Shown: positions 15,001 to 29,308 of the stretch, piece by piece
Numbering within the stretch: the stretch's first letter is position 1
Layout of the letters: every line of letters begins with the position of its first letter
DNA from: the human T2T-CHM13v2.0 reference genome, Homo sapiens
NCBI RefSeq assembly: GCF_009914755.1
Contig: NC_060931.1
Reading direction: 5' to 3' (one strand)
Length of the DNA stretch: 64,000 nucleotides
The notes under the pieces: model-generated
The model's database searches: none
What the model was told of the DNA's origin: nothing
The model's input: only the letters and a program-made list of their open reading frames with translations
Program-made: the position numbers and the translations under genes

Positions 15001-18000
15001 AGCCCTGGACTTCAGGGAGAATCTACCACCTTCCAGACCCACCCAGCCTCAACTCACACGACGCCTTCACCTCCTAGCACCGCAACAGCCCCTGTTGAAG
15101 AATCTACAACCTACCACCGCAGCCCAGGCTCGACTCCAACAACACACTTCCCTGCCAGCTCCACAACTTCGGGCCACAGTGAGAAATCAACAATATTCCA
15201 CAGCAGCCCAGATGCAAGTGGAACAACACCCTCATCTGCCCACTCCACAACCTCAGGTCGTGGAGAATCTACAACCTCACGCATCAGTCCAGGCTCAACT
15301 GAAATAACAACGTTACCTGGCAGTACCACAACACCAGGCCTCAGTGAGGCATCTACCACCTTCTACAGCAGCCCCAGATCACCAACCACAACACTCTCAC
15401 CTGCCAGTATGACAAGCCTAGGCGTCGGTGAAGAATCCACCACCTCCCGTAGCCAACCAGGTTCTACTCACTCAACAGTGTCACCTGCCAGCACCACCAC
15501 GCCAGGCCTCAGTGAGGAATCTACCACCGTCTACAGCAGCAGCCCAGGCTCAACTGAAACCACAGTGTTCCCTCGCAGCACCACAACCTCAGTTCGTGGT
15601 GAAGAGCCTACAACCTTCCACAGCCGGCCAGCCTCAACTCACACAACACTGTTCACTGAGGACAGCACCACCTCGGGCCTCACTGAAGAATCTACAGCCT
15701 TCCCCGGCAGCCCAGCCTCCACCCAAACAGGGTTACCTGCCACACTCACAACCGCAGACCTCGGTGAGGAATCAACTACCTTTCCCAGCAGCTCAGGCTC
15801 AACTGGAACAACACTCTCACCTGCCCGCTCCACCACCTCTGGCCTCGTTGGAGAATCCACACCCTCACGCCTCAGTCCAAGCTCAACCGAAACAACAACT
15901 TTACCCGGCAGTCCCACAACACCAAGCCTCAGTGAGAAATCAACCACCTTCTACACTAGCCCCAGATCACCAGATGCAACACTCTCACCTGCAACCACAA
16001 CAAGCTCAGGCGTCAGTGAAGAATCCAGCACATCCCACAGTCAACCAGGCTCAACGCACACAACAGCGTTCCCTGACAGCACCACCACCTCAGGCCTCAG
16101 TCAGGAACCTACAGCTTCCCACAGCAGCCAAGGCTCAACAGAGGCAACACTGTCCCCTGGCAGTACCACAGCCTCATCCCTTGGTCAACAATCTACAACC
16201 TTCCACAGCAGCCCAGGCGACACTGAAACCACACTCTTACCTGACGACACCATAACCTCAGGCCTCGTGGAGGCATCTACACCCACCCACAGCAGCACTG
16301 GCTCGCTACACACAACACTGACCCCTGCCAGCTCCACAAGCGCTGGCCTTCAGGAAGAATCTACCACTTTCCAGAGCTGGCCAAGCTCAAGTGACACAAC
16401 ACCTTCACCTCCCGGCACCACAGCAGCCCCTGTTGAAGTATCCACAACCTACCACAGCCGCCCGAGCTCAACTCCAACAACACACTTTTCTGCCAGTTCC
16501 ACAACCTTGGGCCGTAGTGAGGAATCAACAACAGTCCACAGCAGCCCAGGTGCAACTGGAACAGCACTCTTCCCTACCCGCTCTGCAACCTCAGTTCTTG
16601 TTGGAGAACCTACAACGTCACCCATCAGTTCAGGCTCAACGGAAACAACAGCGTTACCTGGCAGTACCACAACAGCAGGCCTGAGTGAGAAATCTACCAC
16701 CTTCTACAGTAGCCCCAGATCACCGGACACAACACTCTCACCTGCCAGCACGACAAGCTCAGGCGTCAGTGAAGAATCCACCACCTCCCACAGCCGACCA
16801 GGCTCAACGCACACAACAGCATTCCCTGGCAGTACCACCATGCCAGGCGTCAGTCAGGAATCTACAGCTTCCCACAGCAGCCCAGGCTCCACAGACACAA
16901 CACTGTCCCCTGGCAGTACCACAGCATCATCCCTTGGTCCAGAATCTACTACCTTCCACAGCGGCCCAGGCTCCACTGAAACAACACTCTTACCTGACAA
17001 CACCACAGCCTCAGGCCTCCTTGAAGCATCTACGCCCGTCCACAGCAGCACTGGATCGCCACACACAACACTGTCCCCTGCCGGCTCTACAACCCGTCAG
17101 GGAGAATCTACCACCTTCCAGAGCTGGCCTAACTCGAAGGACACTACCCCTGCACCTCCTACTACCACATCAGCCTTTGTTGAGCTATCTACAACCTCCC
17201 ACGGCAGCCCGAGCTCAACTCCAACAACCCACTTTTCTGCCAGCTCCACAACCTTGGGCCGTAGTGAGGAATCGACAACAGTCCACAGCAGCCCAGTTGC
17301 AACTGCAACAACACCCTCGCCTGCCCGCTCCACAACCTCAGGCCTCGTTGAAGAATCTACGACCTACCACAGCAGCCCGGGCTCAACTCAAACAATGCAC
17401 TTCCCTGAAAGCGACACAACTTCAGGCCGTGGTGAAGAATCAACAACTTCCCACAGCAGCACAACACACACAATATCTTCAGCTCCTAGCACCACATCTG
17501 CCCTTGTTGAAGAACCTACCAGCTACCACAGCAGCCCGGGCTCAACTGCAACAACACACTTCCCTGACAGCTCCACAACCTCAGGCCGTAGTGAGGAATC
17601 AACAGCATCCCACAGCAGCCAAGACGCAACGGGAACAATAGTCCTACCTGCCCGCTCCACAACCTCAGTTCTTCTTGGAGAATCTACGACCTCACCCATC
17701 AGTTCAGGCTCAATGGAAACGACAGCGTTACCCGGCAGTACCACAACGCCAGGCCTCAGTGAGAAATCTACCACTTTCCACAGTAGCCCCAGATCACCAG
17801 CCACAACACTCTCACCTGCCAGCACGACAAGCTCAGGCGTCAGTGAAGAATCCACCACCTCCCACAGCCGACCAGGCTCAACGCACACAACAGCATTCCC
17901 TGACAGCACCACCACGCCAGGCCTCAGTCGGCATTCTACAACTTCCCACAGCAGCCCAGGCTCAACGGATACAACACTGTTACCTGCCAGCACCACCACC

Positions 18001-21000
18001 TCAGGCCCCAGTCAGGAATCAACAACTTCCCACAGCAGCCCAGGTTCAACTGACACAGCACTGTCCCCTGGCAGTACCACAGCCTTATCCTTTGGTCAAG
18101 AATCTACAACCTTCCACAGCAGCCCAGGCTCCACTCACACAACGCTCTTCCCTGACAGCACCACAAGCTCAGGCATCGTTGAAGCATCTACACGCGTCCA
18201 CAGCAGCACTGGCTCACCACGCACAACACTGTCCCCTGCCAGCTCCACAAGCCCTGGACTTCAGGGAGAATCTACCGCCTTCCAGACCCACCCAGCCTCA
18301 ACTCACACGACGCCTTCACCTCCTAGCACCGCAACAGCCCCTGTTGAAGAATCTACAACCTACCACCGCAGCCCAGGCTCGACTCCAACAACACACTTCC
18401 CTGCCAGCTCCACAACTTCGGGCCACAGTGAGAAATCAACAATATTCCACAGCAGCCCAGATGCAAGTGGAACAACACCCTCATCTGCCCACTCCACAAC
18501 CTCAGGTCGTGGAGAATCTACAACCTCACGCATCAGTCCAGGCTCAACTGAAATAACAACGTTACCTGGCAGTACCACAACACCAGGCCTCAGTGAGGCA
18601 TCTACCACCTTCTACAGCAGCCCCAGATCACCAACCACAACACTCTCACCTGCCAGTATGACAAGCCTAGGCGTCGGTGAAGAATCCACCACCTCCCGTA
18701 GCCAACCAGGTTCTACTCACTCAACAGTGTCACCTGCCAGCACCACCACGCCAGGCCTCAGTGAGGAATCTACCACCGTCTACAGCAGCAGCCCAGGCTC
18801 AACTGAAACCACAGTGTTCCCTCGCAGCACCACAACCTCAGTTCGTGGTGAAGAGCCTACAACCTTCCACAGCCGGCCAGCCTCAACTCACACAACACTG
18901 TTCACTGAGGACAGCACCACCTCGGGCCTCACTGAAGAATCTACAGCCTTCCCCGGCAGCCCAGCCTCCACCCAAACAGGGTTACCTGCCACACTCACAA
19001 CCGCAGACCTCGGTGAGGAATCAACTACCTTTCCCAGCAGCTCAGGCTCAACTGGAACAACACTCTCACCTGCCCGCTCCACCACCTCTGGCCTCGTTGG
19101 AGAATCCACACCCTCACGCCTCAGTCCAAGCTCAACCGAAACAACAACTTTACCCGGCAGTCCCACAACACCAAGCCTCAGTGAGAAATCAACCACCTTC
19201 TACACTAGCCCCAGATCACCAGATGCAACACTCTCACCTGCAACCACAACAAGCTCAGGCGTCAGTGAAGAATCCAGCACATCCCACAGTCAACCAGGCT
19301 CAACGCACACAACAGCGTTCCCTGACAGCACCACCACCTCAGGCCTCAGTCAGGAACCTACAGCTTCCCACAGCAGCCAAGGCTCAACAGAGGCAACACT
19401 GTCCCCTGGCAGTACCACAGCCTCATCCCTTGGTCAACAATCTACAACCTTCCACAGCAGCCCAGGCGACACTGAAACCACACTCTTACCTGACGACACC
19501 ATAACCTCAGGCCTCGTGGAGGCATCTACACCCACCCACAGCAGCACTGGCTCGCTACACACAACACTGACCCCTGCCAGCTCCACAAGCGCTGGCCTTC
19601 AGGAAGAATCTACCACTTTCCAGAGCTGGCCAAGCTCAAGTGACACAACACCTTCACCTCCCGGCACCACAGCAGCCCCTGTTGAAGTATCCACAACCTA
19701 CCACAGCCGCCCGAGCTCAACTCCAACAACACACTTTTCTGCCAGTTCCACAACCTTGGGCCGTAGTGAGGAATCAACAACAGTCCACAGCAGCCCAGGT
19801 GCAACTGGAACAGCACTCTTCCCTACCCGCTCTGCAACCTCAGTTCTTGTTGGAGAACCTACAACGTCACCCATCAGTTCAGGCTCAACGGAAACAACAG
19901 CGTTACCTGGCAGTACCACAACAGCAGGCCTGAGTGAGAAATCTACCACCTTCTACAGTAGCCCCAGATCACCGGACACAACACTCTCACCTGCCAGCAC
20001 GACAAGCTCAGGCGTCAGTGAAGAATCCACCACCTCCCACAGCTGACCAGGCTCAACGCACACAACAGCATTCCCTGGCAGTACCACCATGCCAGGCGTC
20101 AGTCAGGAATCTACAGCTTCCCACAGCAGCCCAGGCTCCACAGACACAACACTGTCCCCTGGCAGTACCACAGCATCATCCCTTGGTCCAGAATCTACTA
20201 CCTTCCACAGCGGCCCAGGCTCCACTGAAACAACACTCTTACCTGACAACACCACAGCCTCAGGCCTCCTTGAAGCATCTACGCCCGTCCACAGCAGCAC
20301 TGGATCGCCACACACAACACTGTCCCCTGCCGGCTCTACAACCCGTCAGGGAGAATCTACCACCTTCCAGAGCTGGCCTAACTCGAAGGACACTACCCCT
20401 GCACCTCCTACTACCACATCAGCCTTTGTTGAGCTATCTACAACCTCCCACGGCAGCCCGAGCTCAACTCCAACAACCCACTTTTCTGCCAGCTCCACAA
20501 CCTTGGGCCGTAGTGAGGAATCGACAACAGTCCACAGCAGCCCAGTTGCAACTGCAACAACACCCTCGCCTGCCCGCTCCACAACCTCAGGCCTCGTTGA
20601 AGAATCTACGACCTACCACAGCAGCCCGGGCTCAACTCAAACAATGCACTTCCCTGAAAGCGACACAACTTCAGGCCGTGGTGAAGAATCAACAACTTCC
20701 CACAGCAGCACAACACACACAATATCTTCAGCTCCTAGCACCACATCTGCCCTTGTTGAAGAACCTACCAGCTACCACAGCAGCCCGGGCTCAACTGCAA
20801 CAACACACTTCCCTGACAGCTCCACAACCTCAGGCCGTAGTGAGGAATCAACAGCATCCCACAGCAGCCAAGACGCAACGGGAACAATAGTCCTACCTGC
20901 CCGCTCCACAACCTCAGTTCTTCTTGGAGAATCTACGACCTCACCCATCAGTTCAGGCTCAATGGAAACGACAGCGTTACCCGGCAGTACCACAACGCCA

Positions 21001-24000
21001 GGCCTCAGTGAGAAATCTACCACTTTCCACAGTAGCCCCAGATCACCAGCCACAACACTCTCACCTGCCAGCACGACAAGCTCAGGCGTCAGTGAAGAAT
21101 CCACCACCTCCCACAGCCGACCAGGCTCAACGCACACAACAGCATTCCCTGACAGCACCACCACGCCAGGCCTCAGTCGGCATTCTACAACTTCCCACAG
21201 CAGCCCAGGCTCAACGGATACAACACTGTTACCTGCCAGCACCACCACCTCAGGCCCCAGTCAGGAATCAACAACTTCCCACAGCAGCCCAGGTTCAACT
21301 GACACAGCACTGTCCCCTGGCAGTACCACAGCCTTATCCTTTGGTCAAGAATCTACAACCTTCCACAGCAGCCCAGGCTCCACTCACACAACGCTCTTCC
21401 CTGACAGCACCACAAGCTCAGGCATCGTTGAAGCATCTACACGCGTCCACAGCAGCACTGGCTCACCACGCACAACACTGTCCCCTGCCAGCTCCACAAG
21501 CCCTGGACTTCAGGGAGAATCTACCGCCTTCCAGACCCACCCAGCCTCAACTCACACGACGCCTTCACCTCCTAGCACCGCAACAGCCCCTGTTGAAGAA
21601 TCTACAACCTACCACCGCAGCCCAGGCTCGACTCCAACAACACACTTCCCTGCCAGCTCCACAACTTCGGGCCACAGTGAGAAATCAACAATATTCCACA
21701 GCAGCCCAGATGCAAGTGGAACAACACCCTCATCTGCCCACTCCACAACCTCAGGTCGTGGAGAATCTACAACCTCACGCATCAGTCCAGGCTCAACTGA
21801 AATAACAACGTTACCTGGCAGTACCACAACACCAGGCCTCAGTGAGGCATCTACCACCTTCTACAGCAGCCCCAGATCACCAACCACAACACTCTCACCT
21901 GCCAGTATGACAAGCCTAGGCGTCGGTGAAGAATCCACCACCTCCCGTAGCCAACCAGGTTCTACTCACTCAACAGTGTCACCTGCCAGCACCACCACGC
22001 CAGGCCTCAGTGAGGAATCTACCACCGTCTACAGCAGCAGCCCAGGCTCAACTGAAACCACAGTGTTCCCTCGCAGCACCACAACCTCAGTTCGTGGTGA
22101 AGAGCCTACAACCTTCCACAGCCGGCCAGCCTCAACTCACACAACACTGTTCACTGAGGACAGCACCACCTCGGGCCTCACTGAAGAATCTACAGCCTTC
22201 CCCGGCAGCCCAGCCTCCACCCAAACAGGGTTACCTGCCACACTCACAACCGCAGACCTCGGTGAGGAATCAACTACCTTTCCCAGCAGCTCAGGCTCAA
22301 CTGGAACAACACTCTCACCTGCCCGCTCCACCACCTCTGGCCTCGTTGGAGAATCCACACCCTCACGCCTCAGTCCAAGCTCAACCGAAACAACAACTTT
22401 ACCCGGCAGTCCCACAACACCAAGCCTCAGTGAGAAATCAACCACCTTCTACACTAGCCCCAGATCACCAGATGCAACACTCTCACCTGCAACCACAACA
22501 AGCTCAGGCGTCAGTGAAGAATCCAGCACATCCCACAGTCAACCAGGCTCAACGCACACAACAGCGTTCCCTGACAGCACCACCACCTCAGGCCTCAGTC
22601 AGGAACCTACAGCTTCCCACAGCAGCCAAGGCTCAACAGAGGCAACACTGTCCCCTGGCAGTACCACAGCCTCATCCCTTGGTCAACAATCTACAACCTT
22701 CCACAGCAGCCCAGGCGACACTGAAACCACACTCTTACCTGACGACACCATAACCTCAGGCCTCGTGGAGGCATCTACACCCACCCACAGCAGCACTGGC
22801 TCGCTACACACAACACTGACCCCTGCCAGCTCCACAAGCGCTGGCCTTCAGGAAGAATCTACCACTTTCCAGAGCTGGCCAAGCTCAAGTGACACAACAC
22901 CTTCACCTCCCGGCACCACAGCAGCCCCTGTTGAAGTATCCACAACCTACCACAGCCGCCCGAGCTCAACTCCAACAACACACTTTTCTGCCAGTTCCAC
23001 AACCTTGGGCCGTAGTGAGGAATCAACAACAGTCCACAGCAGCCCAGGTGCAACTGGAACAGCACTCTTCCCTACCCGCTCTGCAACCTCAGTTCTTGTT
23101 GGAGAACCTACAACGTCACCCATCAGTTCAGGCTCAACGGAAACAACAGCGTTACCTGGCAGTACCACAACAGCAGGCCTGAGTGAGAAATCTACCACCT
23201 TCTACAGTAGCCCCAGATCACCGGACACAACACTCTCACCTGCCAGCACGACAAGCTCAGGCGTCAGTGAAGAATCCACCACCTCCCACAGCCGACCAGG
23301 CTCAACGCACACAACAGCATTCCCTGGCAGTACCACCATGCCAGGCGTCAGTCAGGAATCTACAGCTTCCCACAGCAGCCCAGGCTCCACAGACACAACA
23401 CTGTCCCCTGGCAGTACCACAGCATCATCCCTTGGTCCAGAATCTACTACCTTCCACAGCGGCCCAGGCTCCACTGAAACAACACTCTTACCTGACAACA
23501 CCACAGCCTCAGGCCTCCTTGAAGCATCTACGCCCGTCCACAGCAGCACTGGATCGCCACACACAACACTGTCCCCTGCCGGCTCTACAACCCGTCAGGG
23601 AGAATCTACCACCTTCCAGAGCTGGCCTAACTCGAAGGACACTACCCCTGCACCTCCTACTACCACATCAGCCTTTGTTGAGCTATCTACAACCTCCCAC
23701 GGCAGCCCGAGCTCAACTCCAACAACCCACTTTTCTGCCAGCTCCACAACCTTGGGCCGTAGTGAGGAATCGACAACAGTCCACAGCAGCCCAGTTGCAA
23801 CTGCAACAACACCCTCGCCTGCCCGCTCCACAACCTCAGGCCTCGTTGAAGAATCTACGACCTACCACAGCAGCCCGGGCTCAACTCAAACAATGCACTT
23901 CCCTGAAAGCGACACAACTTCAGGCCGTGGTGAAGAATCAACAACTTCCCACAGCAGCACAACACACACAATATCTTCAGCTCCTAGCACCACATCTGCC

Positions 24001-27000
24001 CTTGTTGAAGAACCTACCAGCTACCACAGCAGCCCGGGCTCAACTGCAACAACACACTTCCCTGACAGCTCCACAACCTCAGGCCGTAGTGAGGAATCAA
24101 CAGCATCCCACAGCAGCCAAGACGCAACGGGAACAATAGTCCTACCTGCCCGCTCCACAACCTCAGTTCTTCTTGGAGAATCTACGACCTCACCCATCAG
24201 TTCAGGCTCAATGGAAACGACAGCGTTACCCGGCAGTACCACAACGCCAGGCCTCAGTGAGAAATCTACCACTTTCCACAGTAGCCCCAGATCACCAGCC
24301 ACAACACTCTCACCTGCCAGCACGACAAGCTCAGGCGTCAGTGAAGAATCCACCACCTCCCACAGCCGACCAGGCTCAACGCACACAACAGCATTCCCTG
24401 ACAGCACCACCACGCCAGGCCTCAGTCGGCATTCTACAACTTCCCACAGCAGCCCAGGCTCAACGGATACAACACTGTTACCTGCCAGCACCACCACCTC
24501 AGGCCCCAGTCAGGAATCAACAACTTCCCACAGCAGCCCAGGTTCAACTGACACAGCACTGTCCCCTGGCAGTACCACAGCCTTATCCTTTGGTCAAGAA
24601 TCTACAACCTTCCACAGCAGCCCAGGCTCCACTCACACAACGCTCTTCCCTGACAGCACCACAAGCTCAGGCATCGTTGAAGCATCTACACGCGTCCACA
24701 GCAGCACTGGCTCACCACGCACAACACTGTCCCCTGCCAGCTCCACAAGCCCTGGACTTCAGGGAGAATCTACCGCCTTCCAGACCCACCCAGCCTCAAC
24801 TCACACGACGCCTTCACCTCCTAGCACCGCAACAGCCCCTGTTGAAGAATCTACAACCTACCACCGCAGCCCAGGCTCGACTCCAACAACACACTTCCCT
24901 GCCAGCTCCACAACTTCGGGCCACAGTGAGAAATCAACAATATTCCACAGCAGCCCAGATGCAAGTGGAACAACACCCTCATCTGCCCACTCCACAACCT
25001 CAGGTCGTGGAGAATCTACAACCTCACGCATCAGTCCAGGCTCAACTGAAATAACAACGTTACCTGGCAGTACCACAACACCAGGCCTCAGTGAGGCATC
25101 TACCACCTTCTACAGCAGCCCCAGATCACCAACCACAACACTCTCACCTGCCAGTATGACAAGCCTAGGCGTCGGTGAAGAATCCACCACCTCCCGTAGC
25201 CAACCAGGTTCTACTCACTCAACAGTGTCACCTGCCAGCACCACCACGCCAGGCCTCAGTGAGGAATCTACCACCGTCTACAGCAGCAGCCCAGGCTCAA
25301 CTGAAACCACAGTGTTCCCTCGCAGCACCACAACCTCAGTTCGTCGTGAAGAGCCTACAACCTTCCACAGCCGGCCAGCCTCAACTCACACAACACTGTT
25401 CACTGAGGACAGCACCACCTCGGGCCTCACTGAAGAATCTACAGCCTTCCCCGGCAGCCCAGCCTCCACCCAAACAGGGTTACCTGCCACACTCACAACC
25501 GCAGACCTCGGTGAGGAATCAACTACCTTTCCCAGCAGCTCAGGCTCAACTGGAACAAAACTCTCACCTGCCCGCTCCACCACCTCTGGCCTCGTTGGAG
25601 AATCCACACCCTCACGCCTCAGTCCAAGCTCAACCGAAACAACAACTTTACCCGGCAGTCCCACAACACCAAGCCTCAGTGAGAAATCAACCACCTTCTA
25701 CACTAGCCCCAGATCACCAGATGCAACACTCTCACCTGCAACCACAACAAGCTCAGGCGTCAGCGAAGAATCCAGCACATCCCACAGTCAACCAGGCTCA
25801 ACGCACACAACAGCGTTCCCTGACAGCACCACCACCTCAGGCCTCAGTCAGGAACCTACAACTTCCCACAGCAGCCAAGGCTCAACAGAGGCAACACTGT
25901 CCCCTGGCAGTACCACAGCCTCATCCCTTGGTCAACAATCTACAACCTTCCACAGCAGCCCAGGCGACACTGAAACCACACTCTTACCTGACGACACCAT
26001 AACCTCAGGCCTCGTGGAGGCATCTACACCCACCCACAGCAGCACTGGCTCGCTACACACAACACTGACCCCTGCCAGCTCCACAAGCGCTGGCCTTCAG
26101 GAAGAATCTACCACTTTCCAGAGCTGGCCAAGCTCAAGTGACACAACACCTTCACCTCCCGGCACCACAGCAGCCCCTGTTGAAGTATCCACAACCTACC
26201 ACAGCCGCCCGAGCTCAACTCCAACAACACACTTTTCTGCCAGTTCCACAACCTTGGGCCGTAGTGAGGAATCAACAACAGTCCACAGCAGCCCAGGTGC
26301 AACTGGAACAGCACTCTTCCCTACCCGCTCTGCAACCTCAGTTCTTGTTGGAGAACCTACAACGTCACCCATCAGTTCAGGCTCAACGGAAACAACAGCG
26401 TTACCTGGCAGTACCACAACAGCAGGCCTGAGTGAGAAATCTACCACCTTCTACAGTAGCCCCAGATCACCGGACACAACACTCTCACCTGCCAGCACGA
26501 CAAGCTCAGGCGTCAGTGAAGAATCCACCACCTCCCACAGCCGACCAGGCTCAACGCACACAACAGCATTCCCTGGCAGTACCACCATGCCAGGCGTCAG
26601 TCAGGAATCTACAGCTTCCCACAGCAGCCCAGGCTCCACAGACACAACATTGTCCCCTGGCAGTACCACAGCATCATCCCTTGGTCCAGAATCTACTACT
26701 TTCCACAGCAGCCCAGGCTCCACTGAAACAACACTCTTACCTGACAACACCACAGCCTCAGGCCTCCTTGAAGCATCTACGCCCGTCCACAGCAGCACTG
26801 GATCGCCACACACAACACTGTCCCCTGCCGGCTCTACAACACGTCAGGGAGAATCTACCACCTTCCAGAGCTGGCCAAGCTCAAAGGACACTATGCCTGC
26901 ACCTCCTACTACCACATCAGCCTTTGTTGAGCTATCTACAACCTCCCACGGCAGCCCGAGCTCAACTCCAACAACCCACTTTTCTGCCAGCTCCACAACC

Positions 27001-27360
27001 TTGGGCCGTAGTGAGGAATCGACAACAGTCCACAGCAGCCCAGTTGCAACTGCAACAACACCCTCGCCTGCCCGCTCCACAACCTCAGGCCTCGTTGAAG
27101 AATCTACGGCGTACCACAGCAGCCCGGGCTCAACTCAAACAATGCACTTCCCTGAAAGCTCCACAGCTTCAGGTCGTAGTGAAGAATCAAGAACTTCCCA
27201 CAGCAGCACAACACACACAATATCTTCACCTCCTAGCACCACATCTGCCCTTGTTGAAGAACCTACCAGCTACCACAGCAGCCCGGGCTCAATTGCAACA
27301 ACACACTTTCCTGAGAGCTCCACAACCTCCGGCCGTAGTGAGGAATCAACAGCATCCCAC
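1..27360 (+). repeat. Coding macrosatellite: 8 full copies of a 3,249-bp unit (starts 1, 3250, 6499, 9748, 12997, 16246, 19495, 22744) plus a partial, diverging 9th from 25993
   Basis: GACACCATAACCTCAGGCC recurs at exact 3,249-bp spacing, and every shadow ORF in the track recurs at the same period. Only a few substitutions seen between copies. Confidence 0.97.
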
Positions 27361-28255
27361 AGCAGCCCAGATACAAATGGAATCACACCCTTACCTGCCC
27401 ATTTTACTACCTCAGGCCGCATTGCAGAATCTACCACCTTCTATATCTCTCCAGGCTCAATGGAAACAACATTAGCCAGCACTGCCACAACACCAGGCCT
27501 CAGTGCAAAATCTACCATCCTTTACAGTAGCTCCAGATCACCAGACCAAACACTCTCACCTGCCAGCATGACAAGCTCCAGCATCAGTGGAGAACCCACC
27601 AGCTTGTATAGCCAAGCAGAGTCAACACACACAACAGCGTTCCCTGCCAGCACCACCACCTCAGGCCTCAGTCAGGAATCAACAACTTTCCACAGTAAGC
27701 CAGGCTCAACTGAGACAACACTGTCCCCTGGCAGCATCACAACTTCATCTTTTGCTCAAGAATTTACCACCCCTCATAGCCAACCAGGCTCAGCTCTGTC
27801 AACAGTGTCACCTGCCAGCACCACAGTGCCAGGCCTTAGTGAGGAATCTACCACCTTCTACAGCAGCCCAGGCTCAACTGAAACCACAGCGTTTTCTCAC
27901 AGCAACACAATGTCCATTCATAGTCAACAATCTACACCCTTCCCTGACAGCCCAGGCTTCACTCACACAGTGTTACCTGCCACCCTCACAACCACAGACA
28001 TTGGTCAGGAATCAACAGCCTTCCACAGCAGCTCAGACGCAACTGGAACAACACCCTTACCTGCCCGCTCCACAGCCTCAGACCTTGTTGGAGAACCTAC
28101 AACTTTCTACATCAGCCCATCCCCTACTTACACAACACTCTTTCCTGCGAGTTCCAGCACATCAGGCCTCACTGAGGAATCTACCACCTTCCACACCAGT
28201 CCAAGCTTCACTTCTACAATTGTGTCTACTGAAAGCCTGGAAACCTTAGCACCAG
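1..28255 (+). CDS. MUC12: MUC12 large PTS (mucin-domain) exon, 5' end outside window; interrupted by in-frame TGA at 20044-20046
   Basis: Frame 1 encodes degenerate 28-aa repeats (SGLSEESTTSHSSPGSTHTTLSPASTTT-like) typical of MUC12. ORFs 22..20046 and 20089..28593 are in the same frame. Exon ends ...ETLAP G at donor CAG|GTACTG (GT 28256-7), in phase with the next exon. Confidence 0.95.
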
Positions 28256-28474
28256 GTACTGCTCTTTCCATTTCATCCACGTTTAGCTTCTTCTCCAGGC
28301 CTGTCCATGAGTCTTCTTCATCCATTACAACCTCTCTTGGTTCTTTTCCTCTGTCTTCCACTTTACTTGGGTCTACCGATTATCCAGTTTCTGGGTTCGA
28401 TACCACTTCCAGTGTTCATGTGCCGTTCACTGGTCCCCACACATGTATGATGACAATCTCTCCTTCCTCTATGA

Positions 28475-28960
<486 letters not shown>

Positions 28961-29206
28961 TAAGAGTGCTTTTTTCATAGCTGGACCTCTTGTATCTTTT
29001 GTTTCCTTACTCTCTGCTGTTCCTCCTCCCTTTCTTACTATCTCCCGGGGGCAGAGGTGGCAGCAGAGGCATCTTCATTGCTGTGCGGTCATCTGGCATC
29101 GTCCTGCTCTCCAGTGCGATGCTGAGTGACTGGACCTGGAATGGGAGTGCGTGTTTTTGCTCTTTGGGCTCCCACGGTGACTGCTGTGGATTCTATCTCT
29201 CCACAG

Positions 29207-29308
29207 GGTTGTGCCAGGAAGGACAAATTTGGAATGGAAAACAATGCGTCTGTCCCCAAGGCTACGTTGGTTACCAGTGCTTGTCCCCTCTGGAATCCTT
29301 CCCTGTAG
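29207..29308 (+). CDS. MUC12: MUC12 exon 3, first EGF-like motif (LCQEGQIWNGKQCVCPQGYVGYQC)
   Basis: ctctccacAG acceptor, TAG|GTAATG donor, 102 nt, phase 1-1, frame continuous with the PTS exon. Confidence 0.93.
   Translation, partial: GCARKDKFGMENNASVPKATLVTSACPLWNPSL

Noticed and set aside
116-28361. Recurring Q/P/L-rich (+, alternate frame) and V/E/G-rich (-) ORFs
   Set aside because: Shadow frames of Ser/Thr/Pro codons, repeated at the 3,249-bp period and regularly broken by stops; no independent gene signals.
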